Of a DNA stretch of 63,806 bases, positions 28,190-37,441 are shown piece after piece. The position numbers were made by a program, and so were the translations under genes. The stretch comes from a virus (taxonomy: Duplodnaviria > Caudoviricetes). The stretch covers positions 1-63,806 of IMG/VR virus record IMGVR_UViG_3300009136_000004. One strand, written 5' to 3'. Numbering within the stretch: position 1 is the first letter of the stretch; the number at the start of each line of letters is the position of its first letter. The notes under the pieces were generated by a model that was given only the letters and a program-made list of their open reading frames with translations, was not told the DNA's origin and searched no databases.

Positions 28190-28608
28190 ATATCATCCAA
28201 CTGATCCTAGTCGCTATCCGCGGATTGGCCGTCGTCACGAACAACCCCGCTCTCGGCGGAGGTTCCAGTGTGCGACTTGACGAAGCATCTAAGCTGCTCG
28301 GCCTACTTGGTGAACTGCTTGAACGCGGAGATGAGGCGCATACGGAACTGAAGGAGTTCGCAGAAGTGGTTGAACGGATGGCTAAAGAAGGTCGAGCGCC
28401 AACGAATGCTGAATGGGCTACTCTGAGGGATCGCAGCGATGCGGCTCACTCTGTACTCCAGGCAGCGCTCGCAGAGGCAGAGGCAGAAGAGGAACCTGAG
28501 TTTGTTCCCGTGGACCGGGGAGGCAACCCACTCGAACCAGAGCCAGAGCCTGATCCCGATCATGAGCCGCGTCCAGGTGAAGACGGCGATCCTGGCGTTC
28601 ACCTGTAA
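28186..28608 (+). CDS. Hypothetical protein, possible spanin partner
   Basis: Hydrophobic N-terminus, helical body, Pro/Glu tail. Confidence 0.5.
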   Translation: MNIIQLILVAIRGLAVVTNNPALGGGSSVRLDEASKLLGLLGELLERGDEAHTELKEFAEVVERMAKEGRAPTNAEWATLRDRSDAAHSVLQAALAEAEAEEEPEFVPVDRGGNPLEPEPEPDPDHEPRPGEDGDPGVHL

Positions 28609-28619
28609 GGAGTAAGAAG

Positions 28620-29264
28620 ATGCCAACCGCAATGACATTTGATTCACTAGTGAAAGACGTTCAGCAGTACCTCGAGCGAGGCACGTCCGTCGACCCGACG
28701 GTGTTTGAGCAGATTCCACGCTTGATCAACCTTGCAGAGCGTGACCTTGCAAGAGCGCTGAAGATACAAGGCTTTATCAACGTCGTCACTGGGATCATGG
28801 CTGCTGGAGTCTCCGTCTACCAGAAGCCTGATCGGTGGAGAGATACGGTTAGCATCAACTTCGGCGTGGGAGTGACGGAGGTTCGTACTCCGTTGTTCCC
28901 ACGTTCTTACGAGTACTGTCGGCTCTATTGGCCGGACGAAGCTCTTCAGATACAACCGCAGTTCTACGCGGACTATGACTATAACAACTGGCTCTTCAGC
29001 CCGACGCCGGATTTTGCGTATCCGTTTGAGATACTCTATTATCAACTTCCGCCGTTGCTGGATTTAGTCAACCAGACCAATTGGTCAACAGATTATGCGC
29101 CGAACGCATTGCTCCACGGAGCGCTCGTTCAGGCATCTCGTTTCGTGAAGAACGACCAGCGCGTCCCACTCTGGCAACAGGCATACGAGAGGGACCTTCA
29201 GTTGCTCAATGGCGAAGACATACAGAAGATCATAGATAGGTCTTCAACAAGGAAGGAGGCGTAA
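28620..29264 (+). CDS. Tail adaptor/tubular protein A-like
   Basis: IPRLINLAE, SPTPD..Y..EILYY, LLHGAL motifs typical of podovirus adaptors. Confidence 0.65.
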   Translation: MPTAMTFDSLVKDVQQYLERGTSVDPTVFEQIPRLINLAERDLARALKIQGFINVVTGIMAAGVSVYQKPDRWRDTVSINFGVGVTEVRTPLFPRSYEYCRLYWPDEALQIQPQFYADYDYNNWLFSPTPDFAYPFEILYYQLPPLLDLVNQTNWSTDYAPNALLHGALVQASRFVKNDQRVPLWQQAYERDLQLLNGEDIQKIIDRSSTRKEA

Positions 29265-29265
29265 C

Positions 29266-31467
29266 ATGAGTTATTCAGAAGTCTTCGGCGGAGGTTCCAT
29301 CTACCCTGCTCAGAGGACGTACCTTTCAATCGTGTCTGCGGTTGACGTGACGCTAGAGTGGCCGCTCAATACAGTAGCCGGAGATAACGTAGCAGCGGAC
29401 ATCATCGATGCAGACATGACTGCTCCAGGGTTGACCATCAACTTCTCGGATGCACGTCAGGTATCTAATGGGTTCACGTCTCTGGTATCCAACGTCGGAT
29501 CGCAGGACTTCACCGTTCGCGATGCGCTCGGCGGTTCAATTGTCAGCCCGATACCTGGAACAGCATGGTTCATCTATCTGCAGGACAACAGCACAGAGGA
29601 TGGAACGTGGGCGATCTTCCAACTCGGTGCGACGGTCTCTGTCGCTGATGCTGCTGCGCTCGCGGGTGCTGGCATCAAGGCGATCTCAGCTACGCTCAAC
29701 CAACGAATGACTCCGATGTTGACAGGTGCGACTCCTATAACATGGGTCGACGCTGATCGTGCGCAGTTCACTATCTGGACTGGCGGAGTAGGCATCCTGG
29801 ATCTTCCTACCCCAGGAGCGGTCGGTTCAGACTGGTTCAGTATAGTGCGAAACGAGGGATCCGGTATTCTAACGATCACTCCTCCGTCTGGTACGATTGA
29901 CAGTGCGGCGACGCTCATTATGAATCCGGGCGATTCGGCGTTTATAATCACTGACGGAACTAACTTCTGGTCTGTCGGGCTCGGTCAGTCTACGACAGTC
30001 GGCTTTGACTACGTACAGATCGACGTGTCAGGCTCCGGTGACTTCATTCTGTCTGGCGTTCAGTTGAACCGCATCAGCTATGAATTCATCGGTCTGCTGA
30101 CAGGTGACCGGAAGATCGTAGTTCCGAATACGATCCAGCAGTATTGGGCTGACAACAGTACGACCGGAGCGTTCGCACTTCGCATCGCGACGGCGGCTCA
30201 AGTCACGCCCATCCAGATCATTCAGAACAACAGATCCATCCTCTACTGTAACGGGGTGGACGTTATCGATGCTGAGACTGGCACACTAACTCCGCCGATC
30301 ACCATCGGTCAGGGCGGAACGTCGGCAACAGATGCGGCGACGGCTCTGGCGAACCTCGGCGGCATTTCAACGGCTCGCCAGATCAACACTCAGGCTCTCA
30401 GTGGTCTAGGTGGAGGCGGCGATCTAACGATTGATCGTGACCTTGTACTGGACGTTGATAACCTTACCGTTGAACTGACGGTGGATCTAGGTGCGGACAC
30501 GATGGCATTCTATGACGACGATGCTGCCGCAATGCGCAAGACTCCTCTGTCCAACATCGCTGCGATCACAGTCGAAGAAGAAGGTGTTCCGCTTGCAACA
30601 CTGGCGAACACACTGAACTTCATCGGTGGTGCTGTGACAGCAGCCGGAGTAGGAGCAACGAAGACCATCACGATTCCGATTGCTGCTGGTTCTACGATCA
30701 ATGCAACTCTTCGATCTGATGGACTCGGTGGATGGTTAGAATATACTGGACTTGAGCTGATAACTACTTCAGGCGGCAGCGTCAGGGCTGTGAATACTCT
30801 TGTCGCAACGCCTAACTTCCGAATTGAAACTGCATCGGCCAACGACTATGGATGGTGGAGTGGGTTCAGTACCATCGTATCGTTCAGCGGAGTCGGCATC
30901 GTAGACCAGTGGTCTATCAGCGGGTTTGACTTTGTTGAACTGGATGGTCCGTCACTCAAGTTCTTTGAACAGGGGTCTGCTCCTGCTGGAGACGAAGCAG
31001 GGTACAGTCAATTCTACGTTCGCAATGATGCGTTCCCAGTGCTGATGCACAGACAAGACAACGGCAATGAGGTCCCCATCTGCGAGGAAGGTACATTCAC
31101 TCTGAACTGGTCTGTTGGCTTTTCAGATTCTAATGTCAATAACTATCGATACGTTCGCATTGGCAACTTCGTCTCTGTCCATCAGATCGGGTCTAACCTC
31201 GGCAACTCCAACGCATCTTCGTGCGGAACCAGTGATGGTATTCCAGTGGCGCTAAGACCTACGACTGGTCGGTGGATTCAAGGGTCTATTGTTGATAACG
31301 CTTCAGCCATCGTTCTGTCTCTGATGGTACTTAACCCAGACGGGTCCATTGATGCCTTCGCTCCTGATGCTGCCAATCCGCCTGACTACGGCAATGACTG
31401 GACGACATCCGGAGTGAAAGGTCCGAACGCTGGTCTGTCCTTCTGCTACAACATCACGGACGCATAA
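29266..31467 (+). CDS. Proximal tail fibre protein 3
   Basis: TIGQGGTSATDAATALANLG and YRYVRIGNFV fibre motifs. Confidence 0.7.
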   Translation: MSYSEVFGGGSIYPAQRTYLSIVSAVDVTLEWPLNTVAGDNVAADIIDADMTAPGLTINFSDARQVSNGFTSLVSNVGSQDFTVRDALGGSIVSPIPGTAWFIYLQDNSTEDGTWAIFQLGATVSVADAAALAGAGIKAISATLNQRMTPMLTGATPITWVDADRAQFTIWTGGVGILDLPTPGAVGSDWFSIVRNEGSGILTITPPSGTIDSAATLIMNPGDSAFIITDGTNFWSVGLGQSTTVGFDYVQIDVSGSGDFILSGVQLNRISYEFIGLLTGDRKIVVPNTIQQYWADNSTTGAFALRIATAAQVTPIQIIQNNRSILYCNGVDVIDAETGTLTPPITIGQGGTSATDAATALANLGGISTARQINTQALSGLGGGGDLTIDRDLVLDVDNLTVELTVDLGADTMAFYDDDAAAMRKTPLSNIAAITVEEEGVPLATLANTLNFIGGAVTAAGVGATKTITIPIAAGSTINATLRSDGLGGWLEYTGLELITTSGGSVRAVNTLVATPNFRIETASANDYGWWSGFSTIVSFSGVGIVDQWSISGFDFVELDGPSLKFFEQGSAPAGDEAGYSQFYVRNDAFPVLMHRQDNGNEVPICEEGTFTLNWSVGFSDSNVNNYRYVRIGNFVSVHQIGSNLGNSNASSCGTSDGIPVALRPTTGRWIQGSIVDNASAIVLSLMVLNPDGSIDAFAPDAANPPDYGNDWTTSGVKGPNAGLSFCYNITDA

Positions 31468-31468
31468 G

Positions 31469-33022
31469 ATGCCAGAACTTCCAGTTAAAATTCGCTCAGG
31501 TCCCGGCATCAAGCGTGATGGAACGGTGCTTGAAGGTGATAGCTACATCGACGGTCAGTGGTGTCGGTTCCAGCGTGGACGTCCACGAAAGATGGGTGGA
31601 TACCAGCGAGTGACAGACACTGTTCCAGAGTACGCACGAGGCATGACCAGCTTCAGCGCTGACGGTCTACGCTATCTTCACATCGGTGGAGAGAGTCAGG
31701 TCACTCAGTACGTTGTGACAGGTGGCGGAACGCTCAGTGCGCAGAACGATAGGACTCCAGGAGGGTTCGTATCTCAGTTGGATCATCTGTGGCAGTTTGA
31801 TCACTTCTACGATGGTGTGACGTTCACGACCGATGTTGTTGCGCATCCTGGTAGGAACCTGAACAACATCGACAGCACAGCAGAGACCGATATATACATC
31901 GGCTCAGCGACTGCGGCTGGAGTACTGATTGACGCGACGCTGAACTCCGTCAGTGGTGGCATCGTCACGCTCGGTCCGTTCCTTATGTTCTACGGGAACA
32001 GTGGTCAGATCGGCTGGTCAGCAGTCAATGACCCCACGACGCTGAGCGCAGAAGCGTTCATCACTCAGCAGAAGATCGTGAAGGGACTACCTCTGCGCGG
32101 AGCAGGTCAGGGTCCGGCCGGTATCTTCTGGTCGCTGGACTCACTCATTCGTGCGGTGTTCGTGGGCGGAACTCCAGTGTGGCAGTTTGACACGCTCGCC
32201 AGTGATATCAGTATCCTGTCCTCGCAGGGAGTTATTGAGTACGACGGCACGTTCTTCTGGCCTGGAGTGGATCGGTGGTTGATGTTCAACGGTGTCGTGC
32301 GCGATATCCCGAACGACTTCAACATCAACTACTTCTTTGACAACTTGAACTTCTCGCATCGCCAGAAGGTGTTCGCGTTCAAGGTTCCGCGCTTCGGTGA
32401 GATCTGGTGGTGCTACCCGAGAGGCAACGCTACTGAATGCACTCATGCGGTCATATTCAATGTGAAGGAAGGGTACTGGTACGACACAGAGCTTCCGCTT
32501 CAAGATGAGAACGCTCCGTTGCCATCTTCAGGCGGAAGGAGTGCTGGCATCTATGCTCGCGTCTATAACAAGCCGTTCATGGTCGGCAACGAGAACGTCG
32601 GTACGATCGTGTCTCCAACGTATGAACTCTGGCAGCACGAGACCGGAGTGGACAAGATTGCACAGTCACAGATTGATGCCATCCCGTCACACTTTGAAAC
32701 GGCAGAGATCGGAATGCCGGTAGATGATCAGCAGCCGAACAACGCTGAAATGAGGGTGGCGCGAATTGAACCAGACTTCGTTCAGTCCGGACCTATGGAG
32801 GTCACAATCAAAGGTCGGGTGAACTCAAAGGCTCCAGTCGTTGAAGCGGCATCGGCAACATTCCAGGAGACGGCAGCGACTCCGACAGATGAGACAGTGA
32901 AGCTGCGTGAGATCCGCCGACTGATGAGCTTCAAGTTTGAGAGCAACATTCAAGGCGGCAACTACGAGTTCGGTGAGACTCTTGCCCATATGGAACCGGC
33001 AGGAGACAGGGTAGAATCATGA
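31469..33022 (+). CDS. Tail nozzle / DNA stabilisation protein (P22 gp10/T7 gp12-like)
   Basis: PGIKRDGT, RF..GRPRKMGG, FGEIWWCYP beta-propeller-type motifs. Confidence 0.65.
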   Translation: MPELPVKIRSGPGIKRDGTVLEGDSYIDGQWCRFQRGRPRKMGGYQRVTDTVPEYARGMTSFSADGLRYLHIGGESQVTQYVVTGGGTLSAQNDRTPGGFVSQLDHLWQFDHFYDGVTFTTDVVAHPGRNLNNIDSTAETDIYIGSATAAGVLIDATLNSVSGGIVTLGPFLMFYGNSGQIGWSAVNDPTTLSAEAFITQQKIVKGLPLRGAGQGPAGIFWSLDSLIRAVFVGGTPVWQFDTLASDISILSSQGVIEYDGTFFWPGVDRWLMFNGVVRDIPNDFNINYFFDNLNFSHRQKVFAFKVPRFGEIWWCYPRGNATECTHAVIFNVKEGYWYDTELPLQDENAPLPSSGGRSAGIYARVYNKPFMVGNENVGTIVSPTYELWQHETGVDKIAQSQIDAIPSHFETAEIGMPVDDQQPNNAEMRVARIEPDFVQSGPMEVTIKGRVNSKAPVVEAASATFQETAATPTDETVKLREIRRLMSFKFESNIQGGNYEFGETLAHMEPAGDRVES

Positions 33023-33255
33023 TCCTTGACCCGAACTACATGGACGTCATCGAGTGGACCGATAGGCTCAACTCGTTTGTTGAAATTGGAACTGGGACGG
33101 CAGAGAAGCTAGAGAAGCCTTCAGAATGGAAGGAGTGGGCGCTGAGCTTAGTTGGCGATCCAGACGACATCGGGCAGGATACTCCAAACCCGTATGACTA
33201 CGATAATTGGAGAGAGTGGGCTATGCTCTTCTTCTTGACACAGGAATTGAACTGA
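33019..33255 (+). CDS. Hypothetical protein
   Basis: Trp-rich (WKEWA, PNPYDYDNWREWA); coupled on both sides. Confidence 0.65.
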   Translation: MILDPNYMDVIEWTDRLNSFVEIGTGTAEKLEKPSEWKEWALSLVGDPDDIGQDTPNPYDYDNWREWAMLFFLTQELN

Positions 33256-36200
33256 TGGGATTACTTAGTAAAGTCACCGACCCTCTTGGCATCACCAAGA
33301 AAGCGAAGAAGAAGCTGGCGAAGAAGGTCGGCTTTGATTACGAAGATCCATTCGGCCTAGAAGCGAAGACGATAGAGAAGATCAAGAAAGGTCTTGGCTA
33401 CGACTTTGAAAAGTTCAACTTCCAAAGCATGTGGGACCAGATTAGGCATCAGCCTGAGCGCATCCTCTTCGGGTCGTTTGACCCTGCTAGTACGAAGATG
33501 TGGAATGAGATCCTGCACCGAGATGATGACCCCATCATCAATCAGCTCGGCGGACCGACGAAGCAGAGGTTTCAGGACTACATCGAGCAAGGAGGTGATC
33601 CGAGAGCAGCGAGTAACGCAGCATCGGCTCATCAGGTAGCTGCGGCGATCGCTTCCTGGTATGCTGGCGGAGCTCTCGGAGCTCTGGCCGGACCAGCGAT
33701 GGGTGGAGCAGCCGCAGGAGCAGGAGCAGGAGCAGGAGGAGCAACTGCTGGAGGAATGACATTGTCAGCAGCACAAGCGGCAGCGCTCGGACGAGCAGCC
33801 GTCACAGCGGGAGCAGGAGCGGCTGACGAAGAATGGGCTGCTCCGAAGCCTATAGAGCAGCCGAAACCGTGGGATCCGCGGATGATGGCGATGCTGGGAT
33901 TAGGACGGACATTTGGTTATGGAGCACAGAATCCTTACGGGTTTGAGAGAGGTGGCGAAGTGAAAGGTTACAAGAAAGGCGGAAGGGTTCAACTGGAAGG
34001 TCCAGCAGCCGCGAAGAAGGGCGAGCAGATGGTGAAGGAAATTGCTTCCATCGCTGAAACTCCAGGTGGACTGAATATGCTCGTCACTATGGCGGCAGAA
34101 GAGCTCGGACTGAAAGGCGAGCAAGGCAAGAAGCTGCGACTCTATAATATGGGTGACGGAAGTCCTCAAGGGTACGCACAAGGCGGTCTGTCTCAGATCA
34201 TGGAACAGCAAGCTGAAAACGTCCGCGATGCTGGCCGAGGTGATGACGAGATGCTCCTTCACGTCAGCCCGGAAGAGTATGATGCGATCACTTCTATGTG
34301 GGGTGAGCCGGACATCAACCCGAATACAGGGATCCCAGAGTATGGGTTCCTCAGCAAGTTGTGGAAGGGCATCAAGAAGACAGTGAAGAAGATCGTTAAG
34401 TCGCCTCTCTTCAGCTTCATTGCCCCGATCGCGCTGAACATCTTTGCTCCAGGTCTCGGCTCTGCCATCGGCGGGATGCTCGGAGCAACCGGACAGACAG
34501 CAGCGACCATCGGTAACACACTTCTTCGCACTGGCATCGGCGCTGCATCGGGAGGGAAAGAAGGTGCAATCTCTGGCGCGTTGACCGGCCTGACTGCATC
34601 CGGTGTCGGTGGGAAGCTCGGCGAAGCAATAGGAATGGAAGGTAACATTGCGAAGGTCGCCGGTGATGCAGTTCTCGGTGGAATAGCTGGAGAAGGTACT
34701 GGCGTCGGCTTCACTCAGGGTGCGCTCGGTCAAGGTATGGCGTCGCTCGCTGGCAACCCGATGCAGAAGATGGAGCAGAGGATTACTGAAGCCGGTCGGG
34801 ACATCTTCAATCCGGCTGAGACAGGCATCGGCGGAGGCGTTCAGCTTGGAGAGGGCATGAGCCCAGTCGCACAGGAAGCGCAAGATCCATTCGGTATCGA
34901 AGGATACGGTCCACCTCCGTCTGGTCCGATGAGTCCTGTTCCCGCTGGTCCAGCGACGGACACCGTACTCGGCAACATCAGTCAGCCTGGAGTGTGGGAA
35001 CGAGGGATGGACTGGGTCCAAGACAATCCGTGGCTCGCGGCTGGAGGAGCGCTCGCGCTCGGTAGTGCATTCGGCGGAAGTGGCGAAGAGGGTGGTGGAC
35101 CTCCTCCAATAGATCCGAACGTCTACGGCAACTTCTATGATGACCTGCCGAACCTGTCATTCAACCGTGAAGCACTGCCGATCGATGACTACTATTCCTA
35201 CGGTCGTACATCAGGTGGTCAGCCGGGAGAGGCGACCTTCTTCGGTGGCAACACTGTCGCCAACGTCGGTCCTCCAGGCGTAGGTCCAGGTCCGGGTCCA
35301 GGCGGCGGAGGTCGTGGAGGTCGTGGAGGTCGTGGAGGCAGAGGTCGTGGAGGCGGAGGCGGAAGCGGCAACGTCCTCGACATGACCGGAGTCGGTCCGG
35401 TACAGACAGGTGATCTGGGTGGAGTTGGAGGCTTCGGCGTTCCAACCGAAGTTCCATTAGGAAACAATATGGTCCCATACCAACCGAGAAGGATAGACGG
35501 GATGGCTGGGATGGTTGCTGCTGCGTTGGGAATGCAGAGTGGCTGGACAAGAGAAGGGAACATGATGTATCCGCCTGGATGGGATCCGTCGAATAGTCCA
35601 TATCCGGCTGCTGAAGGTGGGTATGTCGGTGCATACAGGCTCGGCGGTCTCGTTCGCAAGTACCAGTCCGGCGGTCATGTTCGTGGTCCCGGTACTGGCA
35701 GGAGCGATGAGATTCCAGCAGTCCTCAGTGACGGTGAGTTCGTGATTGATAGCGAGACGGTCGCACTGCTCGGCGATGGCAGCACTAACGCGGGAGCAGC
35801 AAGACTGGAGGAGATGCGTAAGAACCTCCGTCAGCATAAGTCAAAGAACCTTGCGAAAGGAGGCTTCAGTCATAAGGCGAAGACCCCAGAGAAGTACATG
35901 GCGGAAGGCGGCGAAGTCAAACCGACAGGAAGTACAACGGCTCTTAGAGACCTGAAGAGGTTCGCTAACAAGTTGGAGTCTGCCATCAGTTCTGGCAACA
36001 AGAAGCGCGTCGCGGAGATCACAGCCCAACTCAAGTCTCTGGATGGCGGAAGCGAAGTCGTCGCAGGTCTAGCGAAGGGTGGAAGTGTCAAGCGCATCAT
36101 TGACACCCTGGAGCGCAACGTAGAGGCTGAAGCGACTGGTCCTAGCGTTGGAGTCAAAGAGAAGAGGATGAAAGAACGAAGAGCTCGCCAGCGAGAGAAG

Positions 36201-36329
36201 GGGAAAGGTAGACGTTTGACTGACAAAGAACGTACAGACCTCGCCGAGGAGCTTGGAGGGTTCAAGAAGAATTCTAGGTTCATAAGGAACCTGAGAAAGC
36301 AACTGAAAGAAGCTAAGGAGACAAGCTAA
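33255..36329 (+). CDS. Internal virion/ejection protein with multiple GG motifs
   Basis: GRGDDEMLLHV, INPNTGIPEY, GPGTGRSDEIPAVLSDGEFV; Gly/Ala hydrophobic stretches; nine x-x-GG-x-V motifs. Confidence 0.7.
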   Translation: MGLLSKVTDPLGITKKAKKKLAKKVGFDYEDPFGLEAKTIEKIKKGLGYDFEKFNFQSMWDQIRHQPERILFGSFDPASTKMWNEILHRDDDPIINQLGGPTKQRFQDYIEQGGDPRAASNAASAHQVAAAIASWYAGGALGALAGPAMGGAAAGAGAGAGGATAGGMTLSAAQAAALGRAAVTAGAGAADEEWAAPKPIEQPKPWDPRMMAMLGLGRTFGYGAQNPYGFERGGEVKGYKKGGRVQLEGPAAAKKGEQMVKEIASIAETPGGLNMLVTMAAEELGLKGEQGKKLRLYNMGDGSPQGYAQGGLSQIMEQQAENVRDAGRGDDEMLLHVSPEEYDAITSMWGEPDINPNTGIPEYGFLSKLWKGIKKTVKKIVKSPLFSFIAPIALNIFAPGLGSAIGGMLGATGQTAATIGNTLLRTGIGAASGGKEGAISGALTGLTASGVGGKLGEAIGMEGNIAKVAGDAVLGGIAGEGTGVGFTQGALGQGMASLAGNPMQKMEQRITEAGRDIFNPAETGIGGGVQLGEGMSPVAQEAQDPFGIEGYGPPPSGPMSPVPAGPATDTVLGNISQPGVWERGMDWVQDNPWLAAGGALALGSAFGGSGEEGGGPPPIDPNVYGNFYDDLPNLSFNREALPIDDYYSYGRTSGGQPGEATFFGGNTVANVGPPGVGPGPGPGGGGRGGRGGRGGRGRGGGGGSGNVLDMTGVGPVQTGDLGGVGGFGVPTEVPLGNNMVPYQPRRIDGMAGMVAAALGMQSGWTREGNMMYPPGWDPSNSPYPAAEGGYVGAYRLGGLVRKYQSGGHVRGPGTGRSDEIPAVLSDGEFVIDSETVALLGDGSTNAGAARLEEMRKNLRQHKSKNLAKGGFSHKAKTPEKYMAEGGEVKPTGSTTALRDLKRFANKLESAISSGNKKRVAEITAQLKSLDGGSEVVAGLAKGGSVKRIIDTLERNVEAEATGPSVGVKEKRMKERRARQREKGKGRRLTDKERTDLAEELGGFKKNSRFIRNLRKQLKEAKETS

Positions 36330-37441
36330 TGCCTGTCAATGACTTTCTATTTGAAGGAAGACCGCCTCCCTCGGTTACGACCTATGGTCAGACCGTTGAG
36401 AACATGCCGAAGTGGCTGTCTGACTATACTCAAGGGCTCATAGCTCGTGCGAACGCAATCGGCGCTGAACCGTATCAGCCGTATGGAGGTCCGCGTATAG
36501 CTGACTTCACTGGTGAGGAGGAGCAAGCGTTCGATATGACCGAAGCGAACGTTGGAGCCTATCAGCCGTATCTGGATGCCGCCGGACAGACGCTCGGTGG
36601 TGGACTGTCTCAAGCGTACGGAATGCTCGGTGAAGGAACCCAACAGTTCCCAGATCAAGTCGGCCGGTACATGGACCCATTCATAGGTCATGTACTGAAC
36701 CGTCAGGCTGAACTGTCAAACAGGAACTTCGAAGAGAACACAATGCCAGCGCTCCAGCATGGGTTCACTCGCGCTGGTCATTTCGGCAGTGATCGCATGA
36801 TGGACCTCGCAGGAAGGGCGACGCGTGATCAAGGTGCAGAGCTGAACGCTCAGCAACTCGCTGCTCTGTCTGGTGGATATGGTCAGGCGGCAGACATCTT
36901 CGGTGCGGATGCTTCCAGAGCGCTCCAGGGTGCAGGGATCGCCGGCGAACTCGGCGTTCAAGGTTCGAGACAGATGGGAGCCCTCGGTGAGATGGCGTCC
37001 AGGATGGGCTATGGCGACGCAGCAGCAATGGAAGCAGTCGGCAGAACGAGGCGCGGAATGGACCAGAGCAGTCTGGATCTTGCGTACCAAGACTTCGCTC
37101 GTCAGCGCGACTACCCACGGAACACAATCGACTGGATGTCCAGTGTCATCCGCGGACTGCCGTACGACAGAGCGAGAACCGAACAGTCCTACGGACCGAT
37201 GGCTCATCTGGCGTATGCACCGTCTCAGGCCAGTCAGCTCGGTTCGTTGTTCTCAACTGGGATGGGCATCTGGGATCAATTCCGGAACCCCGAAGGCAAC
37301 GCGAAAGGCGGACTCGTTCAGTATGCGGAAGGAGGGCTCGTTGAAGGATACGATGACATGCTTGATTCCGTATCTGGCTACGACGAGAAGGTGGCAGAGC
37401 CAGAGTACTGGAACAGAACTGAAGGATGGGGAGAAATCTAA
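36329..37441 (+). CDS. Internal virion/ejection protein
   Basis: PYQPYGGPRIA, YMDPF, AGHFGSDR; helical; two C-terminal GG motifs. Confidence 0.7.
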   Translation: MPVNDFLFEGRPPPSVTTYGQTVENMPKWLSDYTQGLIARANAIGAEPYQPYGGPRIADFTGEEEQAFDMTEANVGAYQPYLDAAGQTLGGGLSQAYGMLGEGTQQFPDQVGRYMDPFIGHVLNRQAELSNRNFEENTMPALQHGFTRAGHFGSDRMMDLAGRATRDQGAELNAQQLAALSGGYGQAADIFGADASRALQGAGIAGELGVQGSRQMGALGEMASRMGYGDAAAMEAVGRTRRGMDQSSLDLAYQDFARQRDYPRNTIDWMSSVIRGLPYDRARTEQSYGPMAHLAYAPSQASQLGSLFSTGMGIWDQFRNPEGNAKGGLVQYAEGGLVEGYDDMLDSVSGYDEKVAEPEYWNRTEGWGEI

